64,000 bases of DNA from contig JAZKFH010000002.1 of NCBI GenBank assembly GCA_040386535.1, positions 252,867 through 316,866 of the forward strand, given 5' to 3'. How positions within the stretch are numbered: position 1 is the first letter of the stretch; each line of letters opens with the position of its first letter. Positions 1-10,726 of this stretch are shown piece by piece. The DNA comes from Myxococcota bacterium (GTDB lineage Bacteria; Myxococcota_A; UBA796; SXON01). The notes below the pieces were generated by a model. That model did not search any database. It saw nothing but the letters and a program-made list of their open reading frames with translations, and had not been told where the DNA came from. The translations under genes were made by a program, and so were the position numbers.

Positions 1-3000
1 TCGCCACGCCCTCCGCGTCGAGGAACGTGGCGGTGCGTGCCAACTCCGCGAAGTAGGCCGCGTCGAAGCGCCCAGAGGCCGCGAGCGCTTCGAGCGCCAT
101 GGCGCGCTCGACGTAGGCCTCGCCGTCCACAAAACCGCCGCCCCCGGAGCCGCCGTAGTCGGAGCGGAGCGCCTGGGCGAGCGCGTCGCCGAGGGTGCGC
201 AGCAGCGCGTCGTCCACCGCGCGGCCGGCCGCCTTGGCCTCGACCAGGAACTGCATCGCCCACGCCGTGAGCGACACGGTCCCGTCGGTGCCGGGCCACT
301 GGGCCACACGCCCACGCCCATCGACCACGCCCGGGAGCCACGCCAACGTATCGGCGACCGCACGATCCGTGCGCGCGTCCGCGTCGGTCAGGCCAATGCC
401 GCCACGCAGGACGCCCAGCGCGAGGTAGGCGCGCGCGCGGCTGATGCGCGCCTCGGTCGTGCCGTAGGGGTACGCCTCGAAGAAGTCCAGCGCGCCCACC
501 ATCCGGACCACCGCGGCGTCGTCACTGGCGAGCCATGACCGGAGGAGCGTGCCCGGCCGCGCCGCCTCGGTGATCCCCGGCACGTTGGCGACCCCGCCCG
601 CGGCGACGTCGTAGAGGTCCCGGCGCACAACCATCTCGCGGTCGGCCCGGATCGGGAGGGACACCTCGAAGGCGTCGGTGGCGCCGTCCGCGGTGCGCCC
701 CACGCCCATGCGCACGAGCACGGCGGCGCGCGCCGGCTTGCCGTCCGCCGTCCACCCCGGCGTCGCGACGGTGACCGGGAACGCCACGGTCGTGGCCGCG
801 TTCGGGTCGAGCGCGATCTTCGCCGTCGCTTCTCCCTTGGCGTTCGCCCCCTCCACCACGAGGCCGTCCGCCTTGATCCCGGCGGTGCCTGACCCGCCGG
901 CGCCCTCGACCACGCGGGCCACGCCGGTGGCGACGAAGCGATCGCCCGGCCGCACGAAGCGCGGGAGCGCGGGCTGCACGAGCACGGGCAGGCGCACGGC
1001 GATCTCGGAGGTGCCGACACCGAAGCGGTCGGGCCCGGCCGCGGCCTTCGCGCGGATCTTGAACACGGTCAGGTCGTCGGGCAGCTTCACCTGCACGGTG
1101 CGTACGCCGTCGGCCCCGATCTCCAGCGCCGCCTCGTAGAACGGAACGGACTGGAAGTTGCGACGCACGGCCGCGCGCTCCAGGGGGTTCTCCTCCTCCC
1201 CGCCGCCGTCGCCCCCGGGCATCTCCGCGAACGGGATGCGTCCGAACGCGAGGTTGCGCGTGTCACGCAGGGTCAGGAACGAGCGCACCGCGGTGATGAA
1301 GTCGGGGAGCGGATCGAGGCGCTGCTCCCGGGCGAGCGTGAGCACCGCCTGATCGACCAACCACAACGTCACCTCCCCCGCCACGGGCTTGCCCTTCGGC
1401 GTCGTGAGCTTCACGGTGATGGGCACGGTCTGGCCGGGCGTGGCGCGGTTGGGGTTCTCGACCTTCACCACCACCGTGTTCTCGACCGGGTTGACGGTGA
1501 GCCACGTGGTGCTCGCGAGCGTGGCGGGCTTGCCGAGGTCGGTCGTGCTCTTTCCGACGGGCTCCGTGCCGGGCACACGCCCGCGCATCAGGACCACGTG
1601 GATGGGGATGCGCGGCACCCACGTCGGCTCGATCGGCACGCGGATGGTCGCAGAGCCGCCGGAGACGGTGGCCCACTGGTAGCGGTTGCCCTCGGGGGCC
1701 TCTACGATCACGAGCGCGTCGGCCTTCTGGAAGGGGCTCTGCACCACGAGCGTGGCGCTGGCGCCCGGGTCGTACGTGGCCCGATCCGTCGCGACCGTGA
1801 ACACGCCCGCCTGCGGCTTCTGCCACGCGACGGGGTCCGCGCCCCCGACGTAGAGGTCTACCTTGACGACCTGCGCGCGGCCGAGCCGATCGCGGCTCTC
1901 GATCTCCACGATGTAGACGCCGGCCTGCGCGCCCGAGGCCGAGGTGACCGGCAACGCGAGCTTCGTCGGGTTCACGTCGCTGGTCACGACGGTCTCCGAC
2001 ACCTTCTCGTCGACCACGTCGGTCACGTAGCGGGCCTTGCCGTCGGAGAAGTCGCTCGCCTGGAGGTGGCTGTCCCAGCGCCGCGCGAACAGGCGCACGG
2101 TCACGGCCTGGCCGGCCTTCGCCTTGCCGTCGACGCCCGCCACCACGAGCTCCGCGGGGATGGTGGCCGCGCGCTCCAGGTACCGGGGCACCTTGAGGCC
2201 GAGCACGAACGCGGGCACCGCCTCGACGCGCTTCGTCGTCGTGACCGTCTGGTCGTCCTCCCCCGTCACGGTCGCCTCTACGACGTAGGTGCGGGGCTGC
2301 GCGGTGGGCTCGATGGCTGGGTCGAGCACGATGCTGGCGCCGCCCTCGGCGTCGGTCGCGCCCTCGGACTCGAAGCGCGGGGTGGCGTCGAAGCGCGCGT
2401 CGCCGGAGTAACGCGCGTCGGACGACCACATGAAGCCGTCGCGGCCCCGCGAGCCGAGCGCCGGCGGGGTGTACGTGGCGGGGAACTGCGTGACGCGCCA
2501 CCGCACGGGCTGCCCGGCCACGCGGCCGCCCGCGAAGTACGACGCCACCAGCTTCACGTCGAAGGGGCCGTCCAGCGGCGTCGTGTCCGGCGCGTGGAGG
2601 TTCGCCTCGAACGTCGGGAGTCGGTAGGCCTCCATCTGGAAGCTCATGCGCCCGCACGAGACGCCTGCCGTGGGCCCGGCCTCGCCCTCGTAGTGGGCCT
2701 GGTAGGTGCCGCTCGGCAGGTCGGCCTCGGCGAACTTCACGTAGAATCCGCCGGCGGCGGTCGTCGTCACCGGGAGTCGCCACGCGAGATCGCCCGGCCC
2801 CTCCACGACCACCCGCCCGGGCCCCTGGATGGGGGTGAGCACGCCCTTCTCGCGCTTGCGAAGCCAACCCTTCAGGTGCACCGCGTCTTCGGGTCGGTAC
2901 ATCGGCCGCTCCGAGAACAACGTGCACAGGTTCGCCGGCTTGGGTCCGCGGCCCGAGAGGTTGGCAAAACCCCATTGCATCCAGTCGCCCGAGGTCGCCT

Positions 3001-5002
3001 GCCAGTGGTTGTCGGCGAAGCTCGCGGGCGGCCGGTCCGCGTCGAGGACGAGGCGATCCGCGCCCTTCTCGACGACGATGCGGCGAAGGCGCGAGCGCAC
3101 GTCGGTGACGACGTTGCCCGGGGCGTTCCAGGTAAAGGCGCCGTCGCCGGTGGTGCGACCGGACGCGAGGCGCTCCCAGGTCGTGTTCCCGTCGCGCGAC
3201 ACCCCGCCTTCGAGCCGCACCTCGGCGCCCGCGATGGGGCTCCCCGACGCGAGCGAGGTCACGACGAACCGTACGCCGTCGGTCTCCTCAATCGTGGTGA
3301 GCGTCAAATCGGTCACCTGGACACGCAGCCAGGAGCGCGCCGTAGTGCCGTCGAGCGGGCGCACGCCGACGAGGTAGGCGCCGGGCGTCCCCTTGCCGGC
3401 GAGCTCGGCGAGGTGCGGCGCGAGATCGAGGCCGAACGTGGCGGCGTCGCGATCGTCGCCGAGCGGGAGCGGCACGATCTTCGAGATGCCGGGGGAGCCC
3501 AGGAGCGCGATGCGGGTCATGACCTCCTCGCGCCCGGGCGACGAGAGCGCCTCGGTGTGTTCGTCGGGCTCCTCGCCGGGGCCCGGGGGCCGCGCCGCCT
3601 CGTCGATCGACACGCCGTTCTGCGGCCAGGGCCAGAAGCTCCGGTCGAGAGAATCGATCGCATAGATGCGTAGATCCACACGTTCCTGCCCGCGCCCCTC
3701 CATCGGGACGAGCTGCGGGCCGTAGCGCTCTACGAGCCCCTCGCCCGCGACGAAGCGCAGGTAGTCCTCGCGCCGCGGGAACCAGAGCGGCACCATGCTC
3801 TCCCCGGTGAGCTCGAGGGCGCGCCCGTCCACGTCCACCAGCGGGGTCGGCACCACGGTCACGCGGTACGCCGTTTCCTGGGCAAATCGACCACTTACCT
3901 CCAGACGTTTGCCGGCGAGCGCGAAGGTCAGATCGGCCACCTCGGGCTCGAACCGCAGCAGGTTGCGCGCCTCGACCGGGCCCACGCCGGCGGGCCGGGC
4001 GGTGAACTCGACGACCACGGTGCGGCGGCCGGAGGCGCACGCGAGCGCCTGGTCCTCGGCGTACACGACGCCGGCGGGGGTGACGGGGAGGAGGCGATCG
4101 CCGCAGCCGAGGCGGGCCAAGCGGAAGGGCTCGGCGGTGGCGAACGAGACGTCCGCCACGGACTCGGTGGCCGCGTCGTCCCGGGAGAGGCGGAAGTGCA
4201 CGATGGCGCGGGTGCCGAGCGGGATCGGGGCGTCGAGCGTGAGGACGTAGCGGTGGCCGGAGTTCGCGACCGTGACGATCTCCGAGGACGAGCCCGTGTC
4301 GCTCGAGCCGCCCGAGTCGCCCGAACCCTCCGAGCCCGTGTCAGCGCTCCCTGTGTCCTCGGTCCCCGCCTCGCCGCCCGCGTCCGGCGGGCTCCAGGAC
4401 CGGCCCTCCGGCGGGGTCTCCTCCATCGCCTTGACGCGGAAGTCGGCATTCCCGAGCCAGCGCGCGGCCTTCGCGTCCACCCCGGGCAGCGGGCGCAGCT
4501 CGATGGACACCATGCGCGCGAGCGCGGAGGGATCGAGGCGCTCGGTGAACGTGAGCGTGATCGTCTCGACCGGGCCGAGGCCCTCGGCCCCGTCCACCGG
4601 GAGCGTGGCGCTCGGCGGCGTCATCAACGTCGCGACCTCGGTGGTGCGGCCGTCGACCGTCCACGCGTACCGCGCCAGCGCCGGCCACATCTCGGCGGGC
4701 CGGAATTGCAGGGTCTTGCCGTCGAGCCAGGTCCACGCGCCGGGGTGGTCGGGCGTGACGCGGACGAACCGTTCGGGCGCGTCCTCGGGGCCGCCCGCCG
4801 CGGGGCCGCGCGCGCTGTCGAAGAAGATGGTGACGGGATCCCAGGCTCGTACGAAACGATCCGGCACCACGACGGTGCCCTGCGCGGCGAAGGGGCGCTG
4901 GGCGATGGCGCGCAAGGCCGGCGAGCTGGCGATGGCGACACCGCCGAGCAGGAACACGATCAGCGCGAGGAGGAGGCGGGAGCGGGTGAAGAGCGCGCTC
5001 AT
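1..5002 (-). CDS. Alpha-2-macroglobulin family protein (3' part outside window); thioester motif degenerate
   Basis: Not in the ORF track because it runs off the edge. Manual translation from ATG 5002 (ATGA overlap with the upstream gene) gives signal-like MSALFTRSRLLLALIVFLLGG. A2M hallmarks: LFSERPMYRPEDAVHLKGW (MG2), PDDLTVFKIRAKAAAG..RFG..LPVLVQPALPRFVRPGDRF, and YPYGTTEA at the thioester position (449-472). Confidence 0.9.
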   Translation of the reverse strand, partial: MSALFTRSRLLLALIVFLLGGVAIASSPALRAIAQRPFAAQGTVVVPDRFVRAWDPVTIFFDSARGPAAGGPEDAPERFVRVTPDHPGAWTWLDGKTLQFRPAEMWPALARYAWTVDGRTTEVATLMTPPSATLPVDGAEGLGPVETITLTFTERLDPSALARMVSIELRPLPGVDAKAARWLGNADFRVKAMEETPPEGRSWSPPDAGGEAGTEDTGSADTGSEGSGDSGGSSDTGSSSEIVTVANSGHRYVLTLDAPIPLGTRAIVHFRLSRDDAATESVADVSFATAEPFRLARLGCGDRLLPVTPAGVVYAEDQALACASGRRTVVVEFTARPAGVGPVEARNLLRFEPEVADLTFALAGKRLEVSGRFAQETAYRVTVVPTPLVDVDGRALELTGESMVPLWFPRREDYLRFVAGEGLVERYGPQLVPMEGRGQERVDLRIYAIDSLDRSFWPWPQNGVSIDEAARPPGPGEEPDEHTEALSSPGREEVMTRIALLGSPGISKIVPLPLGDDRDAATFGLDLAPHLAELAGKGTPGAYLVGVRPLDGTTARSWLRVQVTDLTLTTIEETDGVRFVVTSLASGSPIAGAEVRLEGGVSRDGNTTWERLASGRTTGDGAFTWNAPGNVVTDVRSRLRRIVVEKGADRLVLDADRPPASFADNHWQATSGDWMQWGFANLSGRGPKPANLCTLFSERPMYRPEDAVHLKGWLRKREKGVLTPIQGPGRVVVEGPGDLAWRLPVTTTAAGGFYVKFAEADLPSGTYQAHYEGEAGPTAGVSCGRMSFQMEAYRLPTFEANLHAPDTTPLDGPFDVKLVASYFAGGRVAGQPVRWRVTQFPATYTPPALGSRGRDGFMWSSDARYSGDARFDATPRFESEGATDAEGGASIVLDPAIEPTAQPRTYVVEATVTGEDDQTVTTTKRVEAVPAFVLGLKVPRYLERAATIPAELVVAGVDGKAKAGQAVTVRLFARRWDSHLQASDFSDGKARYVTDVVDEKVSETVVTSDVNPTKLALPVTSASGAQAGVYIVEIESRDRLGRAQVVKVDLYVGGADPVAWQKPQAGVFTVATDRATYDPGASATLVVQSPFQKADALVIVEAPEGNRYQWATVSGGSATIRVPIEPTWVPRIPIHVVLMRGRVPGTEPVGKSTTDLGKPATLASTTWLTVNPVENTVVVKVENPNRATPGQTVPITVKLTTPKGKPVAGEVTLWLVDQAVLTLAREQRLDPLPDFITAVRSFLTLRDTRNLAFGRIPFAEMPGGDGGGEEENPLERAAVRRNFQSVPFYEAALEIGADGVRTVQVKLPDDLTVFKIRAKAAAGPDRFGVGTSEIAVRLPVLVQPALPRFVRPGDRFVATGVARVVEGAGGSGTAGIKADGLVVEGANAKGEATAKIALDPNAATTVAFPVTVATPGWTADGKPARAAVLVRMGVGRTADGATDAFEVSLPIRADREMVVRRDLYDVAAGGVANVPGITEAARPGTLLRSWLASDDAAVVRMVGALDFFEAYPYGTTEARISRARAYLALGVLRGGIGLTDADARTDRAVADTLAWLPGVVDGRGRVAQWPGTDGTVSLTAWAMQFLVEAKAAGRAVDDALLRTLGDALAQALRSDYGGSGGGGFVDGEAYVERAMALEALAASGRFDAAYFAELARTATFLDAEGVA

Positions 5003-8000
5003 TCGGTCACCTCGCCGGCATCTTGGGCGTCGGACGTGTCGTTCACGGGGGCGGGCGGGATCAGGCCGGCGGCGACGAGGTACGCGCGGATGACCTCCTC
5101 GGGCGGTCCGGTATCGGGCGCGGTCAGGCCGACGAGCGCGGGGCGGATGCGCGCGGGGGCGGCACCCGCGGGGAGCGTGGCGGTGAGCTGGTAGCGGCCC
5201 GGCTGGAGCGTCGGCATCATCGCGACGCCCGACGCGACGAGGCGGGCGCTTTCGCCGGCGGTGTACAGGGCCACCTGCACGTCGGCACCGTCCGTACGCA
5301 CGCCGATCCCGATCGGCCCAGCGCGGTCGACGGTGAACGTGAACCCGCGGCTCATCCCGGCGCCGAGGAGCACCTCGGGCCCAAGGCCCTCGCGCAACGG
5401 CGCGGCGGGGACGAAGTCGACCTGGGCCGTGCCCTGCTGCGCGCCGTCGAGCGTGCGGAGCGCGAGGTCGACCGTCTTGTCGTCCGCGCCGATTGGCACG
5501 TCGAGCGCGCCGTCGAGGCTGAAGAACCCGCGGGCGGGGCCGGACCCCTCGCGGACGTAGGCGATCACGGGCTGGTCGGCGCGCACGGTCAGGAGCCCGG
5601 CGCCGGTGGTGGCGATCCGGAGCTCGCGGCGTCCCACCGGGACGGAGGTCGGGATCGGGGTGGTCGCGCCCTTGAAGGTGGGGAGCGGGCTGCCCCACAT
5701 CGCGGCGGCGTCGCCCTCGGGGCCCGCCACGCGGTCGGTCCACACCGTCCACAGACCGGACGCCTGGACCACCTCGATCCAGCCCGGCGCCGGCCCGAGC
5801 GGCACGTCCAGCCCCCGGACGACGCCGTTCGTCACGCCCACCACGTCGCGCACGTCGCCGCGCACGTGGAGGCTGGCGCCGACGTCTCCGGCGAGGTTGA
5901 TGCGGACGCGGCCGGCGGTCTGCGGCCGCACGTCGGTCGTCGTGATCGCAGACCACACGGCGGCCGCGCCGCTCGGGTTGAGGACCGTGAGGGTGTCGCC
6001 GCGCGGCACGGTGGTCAGGTCCCGCGCGCCATCGGACGCCCAGAACACGTCCTGAGGCTGATCGGCCTTCGAGATCACGGCCACGAGGCCCTCCCCGAGG
6101 ATGAACCGCACGCCCGCGCTGGCCGGGAGCGTGCCGCGCCAGGCGGCCCCAGGCGCGAGCGTACCGCCTGCGGTGGTCCCGGCGAACGTACCGGGCGTCG
6201 GGACGGGGAAGGCCACGCGGGCCAGCGCCACGTCGACGGGCGTGCCGCCGAGGGGGGCGTCCACGTAGACGCTGACCGAGGGGTCGCCGAAGAGCACCGT
6301 CGCGGCCACCCCGCGCGCCACGTCGATCTGCCCGCCGAAGCGCGGCTGGGCGACCTCGGTGCGCGCGGTCACGAACACGGGGCCGGCGTTCTTGGCGAGG
6401 TCAATGTTCACCGATCGGCCGAACAGCAGCGTGCCGGCGCGGAACGAGGCGCGCACGGGCGCGCTGCCGAGCGTGTGTCGAACGCCGCGTACGGCGACGG
6501 CGCGCCCGCCGGTGCCCTCCCCCACGAGCCACAGGTCGCCGCCCTCCCCCGCGAGCACGGGGCCGGGCACCGGCTCACACACCTCGCCCACGATCGGGCA
6601 CCAGGACAGCCCGACCCGGGTCGCGAGCTCGAGGAGGCCGGCGCGGTCGCGGGCCACGATCACCGCCGCGATGCCGGTCGCCTTGTCCGTCGGCACCGAG
6701 GCGCCGTTGGCGAGGGCGCCCTCTGTGATGCGCTTCGGCGTGACAACGTCGGCGCGCAGCGTGGTCGGCACCTTGCGGCCGTCCAACGACTCGACGCGCA
6801 GGCGGTAGCGACGGCCTGCCGCCTCTCCCGGGATGGCTCCGAGGCGCACGACCACGCGCGCGGCCCCGCCCACGCCGGTCCCGACGGTGCGCCACGTGGA
6901 GGAGCCCTCGTCCTGCGCCTCGATCGCGAGCCCGACGTTCTCCTCGGAGCGCGCCGACACCACGAGCAGGCCCTCGCCGGGCGCCTGGAGCGGCACGCGC
7001 GACACGCCGGCGCCGAGCGTCACGGTGCGGGACTGCCCCACATTGAGCGCGGGCGCGTCGGCCTCGGCGGCGAGCGCGAGCGTCACGGTGGTGCGTCCGG
7101 CGTCGACGCCGACCGGATCGACCCGGAGCGTGTAGGCCCCGGGTGCGAGGCGCTCGGCGAGGCGGAAGTTCCAGTCGTCGGGGCGGTCGTCCGCCGTCGC
7201 GACGAGGGTGCCATCGGCGTCGTAGAGGCGCGCGCGCACGTCGACGACACCCATCGACGTGATCTCCACGAGCCCGTCCGCGCCGATGGAGACCGGGAGC
7301 GTGGCGGGCGCGGTCACCTCGCGGGAGAGCCCGGCCACGAGCTCGCGGGGGCTGACACGCACCGTGTAGGTCACGCCGCTGTTGCGACGCGCGTTGACCA
7401 GATCGAGGCGGTAGGCGCCCGCGGCGAGGCGGCCGGTCCAGGGGCGTCCCTGGACGAGCCGGGCCGCCGTGTCGGTGCCGCGCAGCAGGTCGCCCGTCAT
7501 CTCCGCGTCGGCCGTGATCGTCACGTCGGCCGGAGCGCGCAACGTGAACGTCCACTGGTCGGGCACGCGGTCCTCGCGGCCGCTCGGCTCCCACCACACG
7601 TGCGTCGCCGCGAGATCCAGCGCGAGGGCGTGCGGACCGTGGCCGAGGCGGACGAGCGGCGGCGGGACGCGCGTGAACGTCGTGATGCGGGTCGTCTCGA
7701 CCGCCTCGGGGAGCACGAGGATGCGGCCCTTTCCGGCAGGGAGGTCGAGGCGAAGGTCTCCCTCGACGTCGGGCGCGAGGAGCGGCCATCCGTCGGCGTC
7801 CTCCACCCGCACGCGGAACAGGCGGCCCTGCCCGGCGGCGCCCTGCCCGAAGGAGCGGAGCACGTACTCGGCGGCTTCGGGCACGTCGTAGTCGTAGGCG
7901 ATCCCCTCCCCCGCCGGCACGGTGGCGCGGGCGGGTACGCCGTCCCGGAGGGCGCCCCCGTCGCGGAGCGCGGTTGGTGCGAGCCGCAGCCCGAGGTGCC

Positions 8001-10233
8001 CCGCGGACGCGCCTTGCGTCGCGACGGTCACCTGGTAGTCGCCCTCGCGGAGGTAGCGCTGGAGCAGGAAGTTGCGGCCCGTGCCGTTCACCGCCGCGGA
8101 CGCGAGCACCGGCGTGGTGCGGGTGCGGAGGGCCCCGGCCGTCGCGAGCAGGCCGGTGCTCTCAGTGCGGTAGAGCCCGGCCTTGTCGACGCGCAGCCCA
8201 AAGGTTGCCGTGTCGTCGGCGGCGAGGTCGAGCGCGCGCGGGGCGGCGGCGGTGAGGAGCGGGAGGTCGGGGGGCGTCGGGTCGATGGTGTCGGGGAGCG
8301 GCGGGAGCGGCGCGTCGGGGCGGCGATCGTTCGGCACGAGGACGACGGCGCCTTGCCGGACCGTGGCGCCGCTGTTCCGCACCACCACCGTGTGCCCGCC
8401 GTTGCCGACGGCGGCGTGGGGTGACCACGCCGCGCCGTCGACCGCGACCTCGAGGCCCGCGCCCGCGGAGATCACGCCCGCGGGGCCCGGCGCCGTGGGC
8501 ACCGTCACGCTCTGGCCCGGCGCGAGCGTGAGCGGGAGCGGCGATGTGAGGTCGGCGGGCAGCGCGCGGAGCACCATCCCGACCTTGGTGTCCGGCACCT
8601 CGTTCAGCGTCAGCGTGTAGCTCTTCTTGGGATCGAGCGTGACGACGGGGATCTGCACGTTCGCGCGGGGCGCGGTCGGCTCGGCCTTGACTGCTGCGTC
8701 GCGACGGACCACGACCTCCGCGATGCCGGGGGTCTTGGGCGCCAACGTGAGCGTCCAACGGCCGGGGGTGAGCGTGGTGACGCCGGGCCCGTCGCGGAGC
8801 GGGGGGGCCTGGTACCCGGCTACGACCGAGGTGAGCAGCGGCTCCCAGCGCCAGCCCACCCCGCCGACGGAGACCGCGGTGTGGTAGTCGCCGGCCGTGG
8901 CCACCTCGAACGAGAGGCTCGTGGTGCCGAGCAGGTTGAACTGCCGACGGTAGGGCACGTCGGGCCCGAGCGGCAGGAGCGAGGTGGCGATCGGGGCCGG
9001 AAACGGGGCCTTGGGGTCCGTCCGGTTCTCGACGAGGACGCCGGTGACGTCGGGCAGATCGCCGGGGTCCCCGCCGTGGAGCGTCGTGAGGAAGTACGTG
9101 CCGCTCCCCTTGACCGGGATCGAGCGGCCGACCTGCGGGAAGTGTTGGAGCACGAACGGCTGGCCCGCGGCGCCCGACACGGTCACCACCCGCCCCTCGG
9201 ACGTCGACCCCACGCCCACCTCGGCGAGCGGCGGCATCGTCTCCTTCTGGATGCTCGTGCCGGTGCCGTCGCGCCGGAACGGATCCGCGGCGTCGAACGT
9301 CCGGACGGCGATGCGCACGTCGCCCGCCGTCCGCCCCTCGCTCGGGAGCTCCAGCCGGTAGCTGGTGGCCTGCCCCGGGACCAACCACCGCTCCGCCCCG
9401 AACGGCCCGATCACACCCGCGAGCCGGCTCGCCACGGGCAGCGACGTGAGGCCACGGCGCACGTGGAGCGGCTGGTCGCCGTCGGGTACGGACCACGGCA
9501 CCGACGGGCCGCCGTACGCCACGAGCTGCCAGAGGCCCGCGCCGAGCTTCGTCGCGAGGGTGCAGCGGCGCAGCGGGCGCGGGGTGTCGGGCGTGATGTC
9601 CTCGCAGGTGGGCGCGGCGGGGTCGAGCCACTGCCCGTCGCGCCACAGGCGCACGTCCGCGAGGCTGCGGCCCGCGAGCTCGACCGCAAAGGCCTCGTCG
9701 GCCTCGATGTTCACCCACCAGGAGCGCTGCTCGAGATCGGCGAGCGTGGTGGTCACCGTCGCGATGTCGGGGAGCAACGGCGGCCGCGGGTTCACCTCGA
9801 CGAACGGTCGCGCTTCCACACGCGCGTCCCCCGTGCCCGCCTTGTCCGAGAGCACCTTCAGGCGGTACTCCCCTCGCTCCAGGAAGGCGTCGACGCGCCC
9901 GTTCTTGCCACCAGGGGTGCCGGCCACCTCGCCGGGCCCGGCCATGCGGTCGACGAGCTGCACGGCGGAGCCCTGGGGGCTCGTCGCGGAGAGCGCGTAG
10001 CGGCCGAAACGCGCGACCTGCACGCCCACGTCCTGGGCGCCGTTCGCGGGGACCGTGGGCGTGGAGAGCGTGATGGGGCCTGCGTCGGCGGCGGGCGCGA
10101 CGGCGGAGCCGGGGGCGGAGGCGGGCGACTTGGAGGCGGGCGCGACGGCGGCCGCGGGCGCGGCGAACAGCAGCGTCGTGGCGCACAGAATCGTCGCGGC
10201 GCGCGGGTATGCGGTGGAGCTCGGACCGGGCAT
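4999..10233 (-). CDS. Large secreted multi-beta-sandwich protein (PPC-like repeats), partner of the A2M gene
   Basis: 1744-aa ORF with N-terminal signal peptide (ILCATTLLFAAPAAA). Recurrent units such as NFLLQRYLREGDYQVTV and WNFRLAERLAPGAYTLRV. 4-bp overlap with the A2M start. Confidence 0.8.
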   Translation of the reverse strand: MPGPSSTAYPRAATILCATTLLFAAPAAAVAPASKSPASAPGSAVAPAADAGPITLSTPTVPANGAQDVGVQVARFGRYALSATSPQGSAVQLVDRMAGPGEVAGTPGGKNGRVDAFLERGEYRLKVLSDKAGTGDARVEARPFVEVNPRPPLLPDIATVTTTLADLEQRSWWVNIEADEAFAVELAGRSLADVRLWRDGQWLDPAAPTCEDITPDTPRPLRRCTLATKLGAGLWQLVAYGGPSVPWSVPDGDQPLHVRRGLTSLPVASRLAGVIGPFGAERWLVPGQATSYRLELPSEGRTAGDVRIAVRTFDAADPFRRDGTGTSIQKETMPPLAEVGVGSTSEGRVVTVSGAAGQPFVLQHFPQVGRSIPVKGSGTYFLTTLHGGDPGDLPDVTGVLVENRTDPKAPFPAPIATSLLPLGPDVPYRRQFNLLGTTSLSFEVATAGDYHTAVSVGGVGWRWEPLLTSVVAGYQAPPLRDGPGVTTLTPGRWTLTLAPKTPGIAEVVVRRDAAVKAEPTAPRANVQIPVVTLDPKKSYTLTLNEVPDTKVGMVLRALPADLTSPLPLTLAPGQSVTVPTAPGPAGVISAGAGLEVAVDGAAWSPHAAVGNGGHTVVVRNSGATVRQGAVVLVPNDRRPDAPLPPLPDTIDPTPPDLPLLTAAAPRALDLAADDTATFGLRVDKAGLYRTESTGLLATAGALRTRTTPVLASAAVNGTGRNFLLQRYLREGDYQVTVATQGASAGHLGLRLAPTALRDGGALRDGVPARATVPAGEGIAYDYDVPEAAEYVLRSFGQGAAGQGRLFRVRVEDADGWPLLAPDVEGDLRLDLPAGKGRILVLPEAVETTRITTFTRVPPPLVRLGHGPHALALDLAATHVWWEPSGREDRVPDQWTFTLRAPADVTITADAEMTGDLLRGTDTAARLVQGRPWTGRLAAGAYRLDLVNARRNSGVTYTVRVSPRELVAGLSREVTAPATLPVSIGADGLVEITSMGVVDVRARLYDADGTLVATADDRPDDWNFRLAERLAPGAYTLRVDPVGVDAGRTTVTLALAAEADAPALNVGQSRTVTLGAGVSRVPLQAPGEGLLVVSARSEENVGLAIEAQDEGSSTWRTVGTGVGGAARVVVRLGAIPGEAAGRRYRLRVESLDGRKVPTTLRADVVTPKRITEGALANGASVPTDKATGIAAVIVARDRAGLLELATRVGLSWCPIVGEVCEPVPGPVLAGEGGDLWLVGEGTGGRAVAVRGVRHTLGSAPVRASFRAGTLLFGRSVNIDLAKNAGPVFVTARTEVAQPRFGGQIDVARGVAATVLFGDPSVSVYVDAPLGGTPVDVALARVAFPVPTPGTFAGTTAGGTLAPGAAWRGTLPASAGVRFILGEGLVAVISKADQPQDVFWASDGARDLTTVPRGDTLTVLNPSGAAAVWSAITTTDVRPQTAGRVRINLAGDVGASLHVRGDVRDVVGVTNGVVRGLDVPLGPAPGWIEVVQASGLWTVWTDRVAGPEGDAAAMWGSPLPTFKGATTPIPTSVPVGRRELRIATTGAGLLTVRADQPVIAYVREGSGPARGFFSLDGALDVPIGADDKTVDLALRTLDGAQQGTAQVDFVPAAPLREGLGPEVLLGAGMSRGFTFTVDRAGPIGIGVRTDGADVQVALYTAGESARLVASGVAMMPTLQPGRYQLTATLPAGAAPARIRPALVGLTAPDTGPPEEVIRAYLVAAGLIPPAPVNDTSDAQDAGEVTE

Positions 10234-10513
10234 CGGGCCTCCTGCGGCCGCAGGGTAGCAAGAGGCGTGCCGGTTGTGGGGCGGGGTGCCGCGGGCGGGA
10301 TCTACGAGGTGTAGATGGGGGGGCGCGTTTTGGTGGCGCGTGGCCTATCAGCCCGGCGCCGCGGGGCGTGGCCAGCCTCGTGGGGGGGATGTCGAGCGGT
10401 TGCGAGCCGACGAGCGCGTTAGTCTCGCAACGTTGGATCGCGTCGCCCTCCCGCCAATCCGTCTCCCCGATCAGGCCCGCGAGGCTGGGCGCGGTCGGGT
10501 AGGGCGCGCGCAA

Positions 10514-10689
10514 GTGCCACAAGTAGGGGGACCCACCGCCGGCCCCCCTGCTTGTGGCACCTTCCATCCCCCTCTACCTGCCACAAGCAGGGGGGCCCAG
10601 GCTCGGGCCCCCCAGGATGTGGCACCTCGGAGCCCCGTTGACATGCCACAACTGGGGGGGCCTGCGTCGGGCCCCCCAGGATGTGGCAC
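10514..10689. repeat. Three tandem ~46-bp imperfect palindromes (REP/BIME-like): TGCCACA-N-GGGGG..CCCCC-N-TGTGGCA
   Basis: TGCCACA starts at 10515, 10579 and 10644. Its complement TGTGGCA lies at 10553, 10618 and 10682. Inner G-run/C-run stems. Period 64-65 bp, intergenic. Confidence 0.85.
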
Positions 10690-10726
10690 CTCGCGGCCGG
10701 CCCCCCGGTCGAGTCATCGTCAGTAG

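Noticed and set aside
5023..8424. Long antisense and alternate-frame ORFs (also 1598-3673, 18874-21465, 31342-33084, 39057-41702, 50842-54078, 54681-57008)
   Set aside because: These are shadow ORFs of high-GC3 genes, Arg/Ala/Gly/Pro-rich and without motifs, overlapping well-supported genes.
10514..10689. CRISPR array
   Set aside because: Only three units, the repeats are long self-complementary hairpins with internal variation, spacers are about 19 bp, and there are no cas genes in the window. REP-like fits better.
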